A DNA stretch of 64,000 bases from Minisyncoccia bacterium (GTDB lineage: Bacteria; Patescibacteriota; Minisyncoccia; UBA6257; 2-01-FULL-56-20): positions 6,871-70,870 of the forward strand of contig JBEKBG010000003.1 in assembly GCA_050015515.1 (NCBI GenBank). The letters run 5' to 3'. The translations under genes were made by a program, and so were the position numbers. Shown here one piece after another: positions 63,476-64,000 of the stretch; position 1 is the stretch's first letter; each line of letters opens with the position of its first letter. Under the pieces are notes generated by a model, which saw only the letters and a list, made by a program, of their open reading frames with translations, was not told where the DNA came from and searched no databases.

Positions 63476-63904
63476 ATGAGAATCTACGTACTCGGCAGCA
63501 GCTCATTCAAGGAAGAGATGGTGAGGACGACGAATAAACTTAAGGAACTTGGATACAATGCTTGGATCCATCCGGATTACGAAGCTTTTGTGCGCGGAGA
63601 GAAGAAGGATATTATAGAGCGATGGCATAATGGGGAACACGCGGCCATTAAGCGGGAAAATAAATATCTTGAGCAGCATTACCGGGGAATTTTGGAAAGC
63701 GACGCGGTGCTTTTCGTCAATGCGGAAAAAAATGGAATAAAAAATTATATTGGCGGAAATGTTTTGATCGAAATGGGGCAGGCATATGTGAACAATAAAA
63801 AGATATTCTTCCTGTACGACATGCCGAGCCAGCTTCCGTATATGGATGAGATCGAGGCCATGGATCCGATTTGCCTGAACGGGGATCTTGCCGCCATCGC
63901 TTAA
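63476..63904 (+). CDS. Nucleoside 2-deoxyribosyltransferase-like protein
   Basis: IYVLGSSSF, HY..I..SDAVLFVN and YIGGN..IEMG.A...KKIF motifs. Confidence 0.65.
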   Translation: MRIYVLGSSSFKEEMVRTTNKLKELGYNAWIHPDYEAFVRGEKKDIIERWHNGEHAAIKRENKYLEQHYRGILESDAVLFVNAEKNGIKNYIGGNVLIEMGQAYVNNKKIFFLYDMPSQLPYMDEIEAMDPICLNGDLAAIA

Positions 63905-63905
63905 T

Positions 63906-64000
63906 ATGAAAAAGAAAAAGATAATCACCATCTGCTCGAGCGCTGCGTTTTTTAAACAGGCGTTGGAAGTCGAGAAACAGCTTACCGCGATGGGCTATGC
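63906..64000 (+). CDS. Partial CDS, probable paralog of the preceding NDT-like protein
   Basis: MKKKKIITICSSAAFFKQALEVEKQLTAMGY runs off the window end. Confidence 0.55.
   Translation, partial: MKKKKIITICSSAAFFKQALEVEKQLTAMGY

Overview
Bacterial chromosomal segment in standard genetic code (TGA is a stop and RF2 is present). The compact gene set, shortened atpC/uvrC/hrcA, pilin-like and secreted proteins and near-absence of SD sequences suggest Patescibacteria/CPR, Parcubacteria-like (inference). Core genes: metG, tatD, leuS, htrA, two RNA methyltransferases, six tRNAs, prfB (+1 frameshift), ftsEX, a complete F1Fo ATP synthase operon split between atpG and atpD by an AT-rich island, nth, uvrB-uvrA-uvrC, radC, guaA, a PilGHI-like ABC cluster, ychF, recR, dnaB, cysS, corA and hrcA-grpE-dnaK-dnaJ with a CIRCE box. 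The most unusual signals are non-coding. (1) Two unrelated orphan RNase-type toxin genes (MazF/PemK-like and BECR-like) are each followed by a convergent sigma70 promoter, a small structured RNA and a terminator, a candidate RNA-antitoxin architecture. (2) A promoter-driven, ~300-nt highly structured RNA with a ~35-bp closing stem lies inside the atp island. (3) An identical 72-bp two-hairpin core sits at the apex of two unrelated, locus-specific inverted repeats at the atpG and dnaB stop codons, and several related palindromic elements occur elsewhere. (4) Many genes have a -10 box exactly 6 nt before ATG, implying leaderless transcripts. No integrase, transposase, reverse transcriptase or CRISPR array was seen.
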